Part shown: positions 9,941 through 19,263 of the stretch, piece after piece
Layout of the letters: every line of letters begins with the position of its first letter
Numbering within the stretch: position 1 is the first letter of the stretch
Origin: a bacterium
Lineage (GTDB): Bacteria > Zhuqueibacterota > Zhuqueibacteria > Residuimicrobiales > Krinioviventaceae
Direction of reading: 5' to 3'
Length of the DNA: 64,000 nucleotides
Assembly: GCA_963693055.1 (NCBI GenBank)
Contig: OY843751.1
Span: 1,888,001 to 1,952,000 of the forward strand
Made by a program: the position numbers and the translations under genes
Notes under the pieces: generated by a model
Seen by the model: only the letters and a program-made list of their open reading frames with translations
Databases searched by the model: none
Told to the model about the DNA's origin: nothing

Positions 9941-11764
9941 ATGATGTTTAAAAATACAACCAGACGATCATTTATCAAAACTTTGGGTGCGGCTGCATTG
10001 ACATTACCCGCAATGAATTGCTCTCTGCAAAAAGACCAGCCCAATATACTTTGGCTAACAAGTGAAGATAACAGTCCATTTTTAGGTTGTTATGGAGATG
10101 AACTGGCTAACACACCAAATCTTGATAAATTTGCATCCGAATCCATTCTATACGAGAATGCGTTTGCCAATGCTCCGGTTTGTGCACCTGCCCGTTCCAC
10201 AATTATTACCGGTATGTATGCATGTTCTTTGGGTACACATCAGATGCGCAGCCAAAATCCCGTACCTGCCCAGGTACGTTTCTTTCCACAATATTTACGA
10301 GAAGCCGGATATTACTGTACCAATAACCATAAAAAAGATTACAATACAATAGAACCAAAAGGCGTATGGGACGAATCCAGCAGAGAAGCTACATATGAAA
10401 ATTGTCCTGATGGCCAACCCTTTTTTGCAATATTTAACCACACGGTTTCTCACGAAAGTTCGCTGCACAAGTGGCTTGAACCTGTTCACGACCCGGCTAA
10501 AATGAAACTTCCCCCATATCATCCCGATACGCCCGAGGTACGTCACGACTGGGCGCAGTATTACGACAAGATTACAGAACTTGATAAACAGATAGGGGAA
10601 AAGCTGCAAAGATTGGAAGACTTGGGCCTTGCAGAAAACACCATTGTATTTTATTATGCTGATCATGGCGGGGTATTGACCCGCAGTAAGCGGTTTTTAT
10701 ATGATTCCGGCACACATGTTCCCATGATGGTCCGGTTTCCTGATAGATATAAACATCTTGCTACACATAAATCAGGATCAAGAACAGACCGCCTGGTCAG
10801 CTTTGTAGATCTGGCTCCTACTGTTCTAAGCCTTGCAGGTGTACCTGTACCCGAAATTATGCAGGGCGAGGCTTTCCTTGGTAAACAGGCCCAAACCGAA
10901 AGAGATTATGTCTATCTGTTCCGTGGCAGGATGGATGAACGTTATGATCATATGCGAGCCGTTCGTGACAAGCAATTCAAATATATTCGAAATTATATGC
11001 CGCACCGGATTTGGGGTCAGCATCTTAATTATCTCTGGAAGATGCCTACAACACAGGCCTGGTATAAATTGCACCAGGAAGGAAAATTGAATGCGATGCA
11101 AGATATATTCTGGAGTGAGAAACCCAAAGAAGAATTGTTTGATACTACTCTTGATCCCTGGGAAGTGAACAATTTGGCTGATGATCCTAAATATAAAGAT
11201 GTACTTGAACGAATGCGTGGTGCATTGAATGACTGGGTGTTGGATGTTAGAGATCCAGGTTATTTGCCTGAAGCTGAGATGGTTATTCGTGCAGAAGGCT
11301 CAACTGTTTATGAAATGGGTCAGGACCCGCAAAAATTTAATCAAAAGCGCATCATGCAAGTTTTGGATGTTGTTAATGATCGAGATGAGAAAAATATTCC
11401 GCTATTGATTGAATGGTTATCTGATGAGGATAGTGCTGTGCGGTACTGGGCGGCGGAAGGTTTTATTGCGTTGGGCGATAAAGCAAAAACAGCCAAAGTT
11501 GATCTGATCAAAGCACTTGATGATCCTGCTCCTAATGTGCGCATTGCAGCGGCTGAAGCCATTTTCAAGTTTGAAAATTCGGAACAAGCATGGCATGTTA
11601 TTGTACAGGCTCTTGATCATCCTGTCGAGTGGGCAAGGTTACAAGCCGCCAATGTCATGGATTTTCAGGATAAACGGGCCAAAAAGTATTTGTCGATTAT
11701 GAAAAGTAAACTGGATGATGGGTATCCCGGCAGGGTAATGCTTTCGGCAATTGAAGAGATTTAA
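9941..11764 (+). CDS. Cys-type (S1) sulfatase with Tat/lipoprotein signal and C-terminal HEAT repeats
   Basis: TRRSFIK Tat motif, PNILWLTSED, CAPARSTIITG (CxPxR), YYADHG, ELFDTTLDPWEVNNLA, HEAT-like tail (LSDEDSAVRYWAAE, LDDPAPNVRIAAAE). Start moved from 9872 to 9941 because of the RBS. Confidence 0.92.
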   Translation: MMFKNTTRRSFIKTLGAAALTLPAMNCSLQKDQPNILWLTSEDNSPFLGCYGDELANTPNLDKFASESILYENAFANAPVCAPARSTIITGMYACSLGTHQMRSQNPVPAQVRFFPQYLREAGYYCTNNHKKDYNTIEPKGVWDESSREATYENCPDGQPFFAIFNHTVSHESSLHKWLEPVHDPAKMKLPPYHPDTPEVRHDWAQYYDKITELDKQIGEKLQRLEDLGLAENTIVFYYADHGGVLTRSKRFLYDSGTHVPMMVRFPDRYKHLATHKSGSRTDRLVSFVDLAPTVLSLAGVPVPEIMQGEAFLGKQAQTERDYVYLFRGRMDERYDHMRAVRDKQFKYIRNYMPHRIWGQHLNYLWKMPTTQAWYKLHQEGKLNAMQDIFWSEKPKEELFDTTLDPWEVNNLADDPKYKDVLERMRGALNDWVLDVRDPGYLPEAEMVIRAEGSTVYEMGQDPQKFNQKRIMQVLDVVNDRDEKNIPLLIEWLSDEDSAVRYWAAEGFIALGDKAKTAKVDLIKALDDPAPNVRIAAAEAIFKFENSEQAWHVIVQALDHPVEWARLQAANVMDFQDKRAKKYLSIMKSKLDDGYPGRVMLSAIEEI

Positions 11765-11765
11765 T

Positions 11766-11798
11766 AAAAAAAGCGGCTTGAATCAAGCCGCTTTTTTT
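11766..11798. terminator. Bidirectional terminator between the convergent sulfatase and GH92 genes
   Basis: AAAAAAAGCGGCTTGA-A-TCAAGCCGCTTTTTTT perfect inverted repeat with A and T tails. Confidence 0.9.
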
Positions 11799-11806
11799 GT
11801 GCTAAA

Positions 11807-14068
11807 TTATTTTGCAATTCCCCATTTTTTGTTGGGTTCAGGACCCATCTCAAACACCAGGGTACCGCCTTTAACCAGATCTTTATGTGTGATATGGCTT
11901 TTGTTATAGGTCTTGCCATTTAACATTGCCGATTGGATGTAAATATTCTCTTTTGTTAAATTATTTGCTTCAATGACCATAGATTTGCCCTTGTAAAAAT
12001 CGGGATCGAGTTTAATTTCAACACGATCAAAAATCGGGGCAGTAATCTGATAAACCGGATCTCCGACACAGATCTGAAACAAACCCATAGAGCTCAATAC
12101 ATACCAGGCAGCCATGCAACCATAATCGTCATCCATTTCAATCAGGTATCCATCCGGAGTGGTTTTATAGATATAATCTATAATGGGTTCAGGAAAGATC
12201 TGGTGTGTTCCATATTGCTGTGGAAAGGGCTCGGTTAAAATTTTGCGGACCCATTTTTGTGTCAACCAGGGAGCTCCGGCAGGATTAAAAAGATAGGGGG
12301 TTTGTATGTCCGGCTGGTTTCCTGCCTGATATAGATCATTGTTAAAAAAGTAATCCAACTGTTCTACAAAATAATCTTTACCGCCAAATAAATCAATTAA
12401 ACCCGGTACATCATGAAGTACAAACCAGCGCCAGTGCCACTTGCTGCCTTCATAAGTATATTTTTCCCGGTTCATTCTGGGGTCCTCGGGAAAATCAAGC
12501 CATTTGCCGTTTGCCGCTTTTGCCCGAAAGTATTTTATTGAAGGGTCCCATACATTTTTATAATAATTTGCCCGTTTACTGAATTTCTTATAATCTTTAT
12601 TTTCTCCTACTGCCTTGGCAACTTGGGCAACACACCAGTTTGCATAAGAATATTCGTTTGTTTGGTCCGGTCGTTCCGGAATATATCCATACTTTTCATA
12701 TTTATCAGGCATTTGCATCGTCATCTCGTTGCGTATGCCGGGATAAATGGTTTTCATGTCAACATCTACCAAGCCTTTGAAATAGGCATCGGTAGGAATG
12801 GAAAGCATGTGTTCATTGCGACATGAGCGGATGGGTTGATAACCATTAGGACCTTTGGGCTCCAGTCCGGGACTGTTGTGTGGTTTATGGTCAGAATCAG
12901 GAAAAGGCGCATAGTTGTCAACCTGGTCATAAATGTCCCGAATGGATAATGTGATATCATGCATCAATTTGGGTGCAGTAATGCTGTAAAGCGGGTACTT
13001 TGTTCTGAAAGAATCCCAGAATGCATAATTATCATAATGGGTATATCCAACTGCTTTATGATTTTTAATATCGTGACCGGGGTATGTTCCATCTACGTCT
13101 GTTGTTGTTACAGGTAAAAAATAAGTGTGATATAAAGCAGTATAGAAAATGGTCATATCTCGTTTACTGCCGTCCACCCTAATTCTGTCTAGATAATAAC
13201 TCCATTTTTTTGCCGCTTTTTTAATGGTATTTTGAATTTTCCAGTCCGTGATTTCATATTCCAGGTTGGTCATTGCGCCTTCCATAGAAGCAGAAGACAT
13301 ACCTGACTTGATTAGTATTTTATCACCCGGTTTTACAGCAAAGTCAAAAACAATTGCTGTATTCTTGCCATTAAAGTCAGATGTGATTTTATTTTGGTCT
13401 TTAAATGCAGTAAATTTTTCAAAGGGCTTGTTAAATACCATGTGCATATAGAATTTGGCCTGCCCATAAGTCAACTCGCAATTGAGTTCAGTATCTGAAA
13501 GGACATTAATTTTAAAATTCCGAGTGCGCGCCCAGTTACCCGGATATAAAAGTATGTGGGCAGTACCTTGTTCTTTAAAAGTATACTGATGAAAACCTGA
13601 ATGCGTGTCAGCGGAGAGTAGGGCGTCAATTTTATTTTCCTGTAATGAAACAGAATAAACGCCAGGACTGGCCTTTTCAGTTTTTTTATCGATAGGGAGG
13701 TAGGGATTTTCAAGATCAATTTCACCATAGTAGGGTAGTATTGAGATATAACCGGCCCTGTCACCAATGGTAGTGCCGCCTGAACTACCAGAGTGAAAAT
13801 GGCTGAAACCGCGAACATGATCATCTGCGTAATTGTAACCTGAATGCGCCCAATCACCGTCTCCTGTCAAGCTGGATGGATAGGAGTCAGGTCCCAGTTT
13901 TACGAGTCCATTGGGTACCAGTGCAGATGGATGCCAATGCCCATGATCTCCTTCGGTACAAATAAATGGATCAACATATTCTAGTGCTGAAAAATTTTTT
14001 TGTGTGCAAGCTGCAAAGAACAATGTTGCAAGTAGAAAGACAATACTACAGATTTTAACATGTTTCAT
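11807..14068 (-). CDS. GH92 family glycoside hydrolase (alpha-mannosidase-like, divergent), lipoprotein
   Basis: Lipobox FAAC, YVDPFI, FYTALYH, WDSFRT, YEGS, GNQPD, DDDYGCMAAWYVLSSMG, YIQSAMLNGK...LVFEMG. Confidence 0.9.
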   Translation of the reverse strand: MKHVKICSIVFLLATLFFAACTQKNFSALEYVDPFICTEGDHGHWHPSALVPNGLVKLGPDSYPSSLTGDGDWAHSGYNYADDHVRGFSHFHSGSSGGTTIGDRAGYISILPYYGEIDLENPYLPIDKKTEKASPGVYSVSLQENKIDALLSADTHSGFHQYTFKEQGTAHILLYPGNWARTRNFKINVLSDTELNCELTYGQAKFYMHMVFNKPFEKFTAFKDQNKITSDFNGKNTAIVFDFAVKPGDKILIKSGMSSASMEGAMTNLEYEITDWKIQNTIKKAAKKWSYYLDRIRVDGSKRDMTIFYTALYHTYFLPVTTTDVDGTYPGHDIKNHKAVGYTHYDNYAFWDSFRTKYPLYSITAPKLMHDITLSIRDIYDQVDNYAPFPDSDHKPHNSPGLEPKGPNGYQPIRSCRNEHMLSIPTDAYFKGLVDVDMKTIYPGIRNEMTMQMPDKYEKYGYIPERPDQTNEYSYANWCVAQVAKAVGENKDYKKFSKRANYYKNVWDPSIKYFRAKAANGKWLDFPEDPRMNREKYTYEGSKWHWRWFVLHDVPGLIDLFGGKDYFVEQLDYFFNNDLYQAGNQPDIQTPYLFNPAGAPWLTQKWVRKILTEPFPQQYGTHQIFPEPIIDYIYKTTPDGYLIEMDDDYGCMAAWYVLSSMGLFQICVGDPVYQITAPIFDRVEIKLDPDFYKGKSMVIEANNLTKENIYIQSAMLNGKTYNKSHITHKDLVKGGTLVFEMGPEPNKKWGIAK

Positions 14069-14090
14069 GTTTCTCCCTTTGTGTATGATT

Positions 14091-16415
14091 TTATTTACGC
14101 CAAAAATATGTTAGTTTTAACATTAATGCGCGGTTTGAAACCAAGCCATCTGATGCACCGAATAATCTGGTATCGTTATAAACAATATAGAAATCACTAC
14201 CGGGACGATATGTCCACCTAAACAACAAGTTTGCAAGAGATATACGATCTCCATCATTATTTAATTTATCATCATTAAACTGGATATATGCTTTCAGGTA
14301 CATTTTGGTTGAAAAATAGTAATACAGTCTACAGCTAAATGTTTGCGCTTGAAAATCACCTTCAGGTAAACTGACATAATTTATATCAAAATTAAATTCA
14401 GCATTCATTCTATTTATTGATGTTGATACAATCTCAGGTGCCATTGAGAAACGGGTACCCGTAAAATAATCACCATATGTTATTCTTAACCGACCAAATA
14501 AATTCTTGCTTTCATCAGTTTGCATAAATAAAAATGAGTTCAAATCATCATAGGTTTCCATAGGGATAATAAAACCCGGTCGGACTTCCCAGTCTTCATC
14601 AATAAATTCTTTTTTATGGGCAAGTCCGGCATAAATAAAACCACCATTTTGAAATCGGACTCCGAACATGGAGCTTATTTCAGCTTCCAACATTTTATCC
14701 TTTTGATCGGTCAGATATGACAGTTCGGTTTGCCATCTGTACTGGCGAATTGATTTAAATTTATGTGAGCGAGGAGAAAAATCAATTTCACTTGCAGTAT
14801 TCTTGATACCAGTTCGGCGTATGTAACCCATTTCAGCGTTAAAATTTTCCTGAATATTTAAATGTGAAAATTCAACATCAAGCAGATCAGAGTCAAATGC
14901 AGCTCCTATATTTCCGGCAAGATTATCTTCATCCATTTTATAGAATTCATCATCTTCTGTATAATCCGGACCCAGTGTTTGAGCAATCGAACCGTTAATT
15001 TTAAATCTGTCTGTTATTGGAAAATTACCATCGAATCCTACTGACCGATTGTAAAATGTACTGTCTATTTGTTCTTTGTTAAGAAACATCATACCAATAC
15101 TAGATCGTTTCAAGATATCGCGACGCAGCCGAAAAACTGTGAAATTACTGGATTTGAAATTCTTCCATTCACCTACGCTTTCAGAATCGTTTTCATCTTC
15201 GTCATCATCATCAGGATCATCATCGTAAATATTGATTTCATCCGTTAAGACATTTATCAACCCCATTTGATATTTCCCGGATTTACCAAATAACTTTACA
15301 CCATTGTTTATCGGCTGTTGAAATCCGTCTTCAATACCAATAGTTCTGCTGTAAAAGAGGCGAATACCATTGCTTGGCCCTCTGCCGCTAATACTTTGAC
15401 CACCGAAATTGAAAATTTCTGCTCCGTCTAGAAAAAAATCTCTTTTCTCCGGAAAATAGAGTGAGAATCGCGTAAGGTTTACGCGTTCCTGGTCAGCTTC
15501 AACCTGGGCAAAGTCTGTGTTCCATGTAAAATTCATGGAAATATTGGATGTGATATTGAATTTTGATTCGAATCCCCAATTTCCTTTTGTTTCAAGATCA
15601 AAGTTTGTATTGTCATCTTTGGTTGCGCTTGAGAGCAAATAGGGTTCAATTTCCAGATTTCCCCCGGCTTGCATACCATTCAAGCCGGTGAGGGTACCTG
15701 CTTGAGATACACGAAAAAAACCCATTCTGCCAGCATCACGGGGAACAAGCTGCCAAAAATCGGTTTCATTCTTGCGACGAATTTCCCGGGAAAAGTTTAT
15801 TCCCCATGTCAAAGAGTCGCCTTTACCAAATCGAAGGGTTTTCCATGGAATGGCAATTTCGGCGAACCAACCCTTATCATTGATTTGTGTTTCGCATTCC
15901 CAAATTCCATTCCACTCTGAATTATAACTGGTACCTTCATCACCAAAGGTAGCATCTCGTCTGCATCCATTAGGATTAATATTAAAATAGAATCCGTTCC
16001 TGCGGTCATTAAACGTATCGAAAACGATTCTGAAATTATCGTCATTGTCAAGATGAGCATCTCTGCGCATTTCACGTGCAATAATTTTATTTGGTTCTTT
16101 GTCAAAACATTGTATCGCAATGTATAATTTATTTTGGTTGTAAAGCAGGGCAATTTTTGTATCTTCTGTTGCAGGATCACCTACATTAGGTTCGCGTTGT
16201 ATAAAATTTCCAATAAATCGAATTTTTTTCCATTCTTCTTCATCAATATTACCATCAATTTTTAGAAATGATTGAATTTGTGTCGCTGAAATATTGCGAA
16301 AAGGAATTATAAAGTCTCTGTGTTCGTTTGACAAGTCTTGTGCAGCGTGTAATTGAAATAAAAATCCCCATAAAACAAGGATTAGACATACTAATCCACT
16401 AATAACCCGTTTCAT
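14091..16415 (-). CDS. CBM9-like + DUF5916 outer-membrane protein
   Basis: IDGNIDEEEW, FDTFNDRRNGFYFNINPNG, NTDFAQVEADQERVNLTRFSLYFPEKRDFFLDG, LFYSRTIG, WTYRPGSDFYIVYN. Confidence 0.88.
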   Translation of the reverse strand: MKRVISGLVCLILVLWGFLFQLHAAQDLSNEHRDFIIPFRNISATQIQSFLKIDGNIDEEEWKKIRFIGNFIQREPNVGDPATEDTKIALLYNQNKLYIAIQCFDKEPNKIIAREMRRDAHLDNDDNFRIVFDTFNDRRNGFYFNINPNGCRRDATFGDEGTSYNSEWNGIWECETQINDKGWFAEIAIPWKTLRFGKGDSLTWGINFSREIRRKNETDFWQLVPRDAGRMGFFRVSQAGTLTGLNGMQAGGNLEIEPYLLSSATKDDNTNFDLETKGNWGFESKFNITSNISMNFTWNTDFAQVEADQERVNLTRFSLYFPEKRDFFLDGAEIFNFGGQSISGRGPSNGIRLFYSRTIGIEDGFQQPINNGVKLFGKSGKYQMGLINVLTDEINIYDDDPDDDDEDENDSESVGEWKNFKSSNFTVFRLRRDILKRSSIGMMFLNKEQIDSTFYNRSVGFDGNFPITDRFKINGSIAQTLGPDYTEDDEFYKMDEDNLAGNIGAAFDSDLLDVEFSHLNIQENFNAEMGYIRRTGIKNTASEIDFSPRSHKFKSIRQYRWQTELSYLTDQKDKMLEAEISSMFGVRFQNGGFIYAGLAHKKEFIDEDWEVRPGFIIPMETYDDLNSFLFMQTDESKNLFGRLRITYGDYFTGTRFSMAPEIVSTSINRMNAEFNFDINYVSLPEGDFQAQTFSCRLYYYFSTKMYLKAYIQFNDDKLNNDGDRISLANLLFRWTYRPGSDFYIVYNDTRLFGASDGLVSNRALMLKLTYFWRK

Positions 16416-16637
16416 TACTACTCCTGGGAGATTAATTCTTTTCCTACTTCCGTTTTAATATATAAAAAACAAACATTAAATATTGTAAAAAATTGTAAGT
16501 ATTTTGTTTTGTTTCTTTGATGTGATGATATTTTTTTATATTTTATCAAGTAAAAATTTAAATATTAAATTTTAATACTAGAATTTAGTATTTTTATTTT
16601 TTTCTTTATTAAAAAAATATAATAGGAGCTTGAGGAA

Positions 16638-18101
16638 ATGAGTGGAATAACACGAAGAGATTTTGTGAAAAATTCCGTTGGTGCTGGTATCGCATTATCC
16701 TTATCCAGTGCTTCAATGTCTAATGTATTAGGTGCAAATGATACAATTAATATGGCTGTCATCGGTATAAGAAGTAAAGGTGCGCAACACATAAATGTTT
16801 TTCATGAATTACCAAATGTAAATGTTGTTGCATTATGTGATGTAGATAAAGAGATTTTGGATCGAGAAGTGCAAAAATTTACAGACCGTGGTGAAAAAGT
16901 TAAAGCTTATACTGATTTTCGCAAGGTATTGGATGATAAAGATGTGGATGCTGTCTGTATAGCAACACCCAACCATTGGCATTCTTTAATATCCATTATG
17001 GCTTGTCAGGCTAAAAAAGACGTTTATGTTGAAAAACCCATTTCGCATAATGTGTGGGAGGGACGTCAACTGGTAACAGCCGCTAAGAAATATAAACGAA
17101 TTGTCCAGGCAGGAACGCAAAACAGATCTGATATAGGTTTACGCGAAGTAAGGCAATACCTGAATGATGGCGGTATTGGTAAAATTAAAGCTGCCCGTGG
17201 ATTCTGTTATAAACGTCGTGATACTATTGGTAAAGTAGCCGGTCCTCAACCCATTCCTTCTTCAATTGATTATGATATGTGGAGTGGTCCAACACAGTTG
17301 CAGCCTTTGATGAGAAGTCGTGTGCATTATGATTGGCACTGGCAGTGGCATCAGGGAAATGGTGATTTGGGTAACCAGGGAATACACGAAATGGATCTGT
17401 GTCGCTGGTTTTTAGGTGTTGAAGGGTATCCCGAAAATGTTATGAGTATTGGTGGCCGTTTAGGTTATGTTGATGATGGTACCACTGCAAATACTCAATT
17501 GATTTTGCTAGAGTATGAAGAAGCACCCATTCTGTTTGAAGTACGCGGATTACCTACTAAAAAAGGTGAAACGGGTATGGACAATTACAAAGGTATACGT
17601 ATTGGTGTAGTTATTGAAGGCGAAAATGGTTATTTTGCCGGTGGTCGCGGTGGCGGTTGGATTTATGACAATTCCGGTAAAAAAGTTAAGCAATTTAAGG
17701 GTGATGGTGGCGGTAATCATCAGCAAAATTTTATTGATGCTGTGAGAAGTCGTAAAACCAGCGATCTTTTAGCTCCGGTTATTGAAGGTCATTTGTCTTC
17801 TGCATTATGTCACCTCGGAAATATTTCATACAGATTAGGCCAGGAAACCCCATCGGAAGATATTAAAGAAGCAATTAAATCAGAAAAATTGCTGCCTGAA
17901 GGCTTTTATAGAATGCAGGAACATCTGTTCCAAAATTGGGTGGATTTGAAAGAAACACCGGCCAAAATTGGTCCCAAATTGACTTTTGATTCCGCGTCTG
18001 AAAAATTCATTACCAATGAAAAATTTGATAGCGGTTTCTGGGCAAACACCATGTTGAAACCTGAATATCGCGAGCCTTTTGTAGTACCGGAAAAGGTTTG
18101 A
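16638..18101 (+). CDS. Tat-exported Gfo/Idh/MocA family oxidoreductase
   Basis: TRRDFVK, GANDTINMAVIG, ATPNHWH, VYVEKP, GDLGNQGIHEMD, C-terminal EYREPFVVP; AGGAG RBS. Confidence 0.93.
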   Translation: MSGITRRDFVKNSVGAGIALSLSSASMSNVLGANDTINMAVIGIRSKGAQHINVFHELPNVNVVALCDVDKEILDREVQKFTDRGEKVKAYTDFRKVLDDKDVDAVCIATPNHWHSLISIMACQAKKDVYVEKPISHNVWEGRQLVTAAKKYKRIVQAGTQNRSDIGLREVRQYLNDGGIGKIKAARGFCYKRRDTIGKVAGPQPIPSSIDYDMWSGPTQLQPLMRSRVHYDWHWQWHQGNGDLGNQGIHEMDLCRWFLGVEGYPENVMSIGGRLGYVDDGTTANTQLILLEYEEAPILFEVRGLPTKKGETGMDNYKGIRIGVVIEGENGYFAGGRGGGWIYDNSGKKVKQFKGDGGGNHQQNFIDAVRSRKTSDLLAPVIEGHLSSALCHLGNISYRLGQETPSEDIKEAIKSEKLLPEGFYRMQEHLFQNWVDLKETPAKIGPKLTFDSASEKFITNEKFDSGFWANTMLKPEYREPFVVPEKV

Positions 18102-18125
18102 TCTTTATATCAATCTAGTTGTTTC

Positions 18126-18162
18126 AAAAGCCGGTGGCTGTTAAGTTAACCGGCTTTTTTTT
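18126..18162 (+). terminator. Rho-independent terminator
   Basis: AAAAGCCGG...CCGGCTTTT stem followed by a T run. Confidence 0.8.
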
Positions 18163-18173
18163 ATTCCCATAGC

Positions 18174-18228
18174 TGTGATGTGATGTGATGTTTTTTTTAT
18201 TGCTTTTTTCAAAATTATATTGTATGAT
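18174..18228 (+). promoter_or_regulatory. Candidate promoter with upstream TGATG tandem repeat (possible operator) for the GntR regulator
   Basis: TGTGATGTGATGTGATG at 18174-18190; TTGCTT (18200-18205)-17 bp-TATGAT (18223-18228). Confidence 0.5.
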
Positions 18229-18236
18229 AAATCGTT

Positions 18237-19250
18237 ATGAAAAGTATACCCGTATATAAAAGACTATACGAAAATTATAAACAGGCTATTCTTACCCAAC
18301 AATATGCTCCGGGCTCACGGATTGATTCTATAAATGGTATGATGGATCGGCACCGGGTATCCAGAGAGACTGCCAAGTTGGTGTTGAATCTTTTAGCTCA
18401 GGAAAAATTGATTGAAAAGATTGCCGGAAAAGGTTCTTTTGTAGCTGATTTGGGTCCCAGAAAACCGGTTTGGGGTGTGATTGTACCATTCTTGTCAGCC
18501 CAGATTGATGACTTGCTGCTGCATCTTGGTAAATTTGCAAGCAAAGCCGGAAATCGACTTGAATGTTTTGTTGATTATAACAGTTGGCAGGAAGAAATCC
18601 GTTTAACCGGTACACTGATCAACCAGGGATACGAAGCGGTTGTGGTTATCCCTACCTTTGATGAGCGTAAAACTGCTTCGTTTTATCAAAATCTCGTTTC
18701 CGGTGGCACGGTTGTAACATTATTGGACCATACCATGGCGGGTTCTTATTTTACCTATGCAATCCAGAGTTATGATTTGGGAGTAAAGCGTGCAGCGCAA
18801 TATTTGGAGCGTTGTAATGGGAGATTGGCATTTGTTAAAAATGCCATGTGGGCCGGACGTAATATGGTGCAGGAAGTAATGGAAGAGACGTTTAAAACCT
18901 TTAACGGCCATGAAAATACAAAGGTAGTGGATCGGTTTGATATCATTACCACTGAATTTATTGAGAAAAATAATATAAAAGGATTGTTTTGCTGTGATGA
19001 TATAGATGCCGTTCGAATTGTTGGTAGATTAAAAGAGGATGGTTTGAAATTCCCGGATGATATATCAATTGTCAGTTATGGCAATACAGATATGGCAAAA
19101 TATTTTACTCCAAGTATTACTTCGGTTGACTGTCATAATGAGCAGTTGGCTTTAAAAACATCTGAAATAATAATAAACTATCGCAATGGAATTGATGTTT
19201 CTAAAAGTCAGTATGTCATTCAACCAGAGCTTGTAGTACGTGAAACCTGA
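18237..19250 (+). CDS. GntR-HTH/LacI sugar-binding-domain transcriptional regulator (AraR-like architecture)
   Basis: N-terminal wHTH (YAPGSRI...VSRETAK...GKGSFV) and periplasmic-binding-fold C-terminus (FPDDISIVSYGN, PSITSVD, PELVVRET). Confidence 0.9.
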   Translation: MKSIPVYKRLYENYKQAILTQQYAPGSRIDSINGMMDRHRVSRETAKLVLNLLAQEKLIEKIAGKGSFVADLGPRKPVWGVIVPFLSAQIDDLLLHLGKFASKAGNRLECFVDYNSWQEEIRLTGTLINQGYEAVVVIPTFDERKTASFYQNLVSGGTVVTLLDHTMAGSYFTYAIQSYDLGVKRAAQYLERCNGRLAFVKNAMWAGRNMVQEVMEETFKTFNGHENTKVVDRFDIITTEFIEKNNIKGLFCCDDIDAVRIVGRLKEDGLKFPDDISIVSYGNTDMAKYFTPSITSVDCHNEQLALKTSEIIINYRNGIDVSKSQYVIQPELVVRET

Positions 19251-19263
19251 GCAGGTAAAATAT

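Noticed and set aside
15180-15230. TCA/TCG-rich microsatellite-like tract
   Set aside because: It encodes an acidic loop (DDDPDDDDEDENDSES) in the DUF5916 protein; imperfect, in frame, and not a phase-variation tract.
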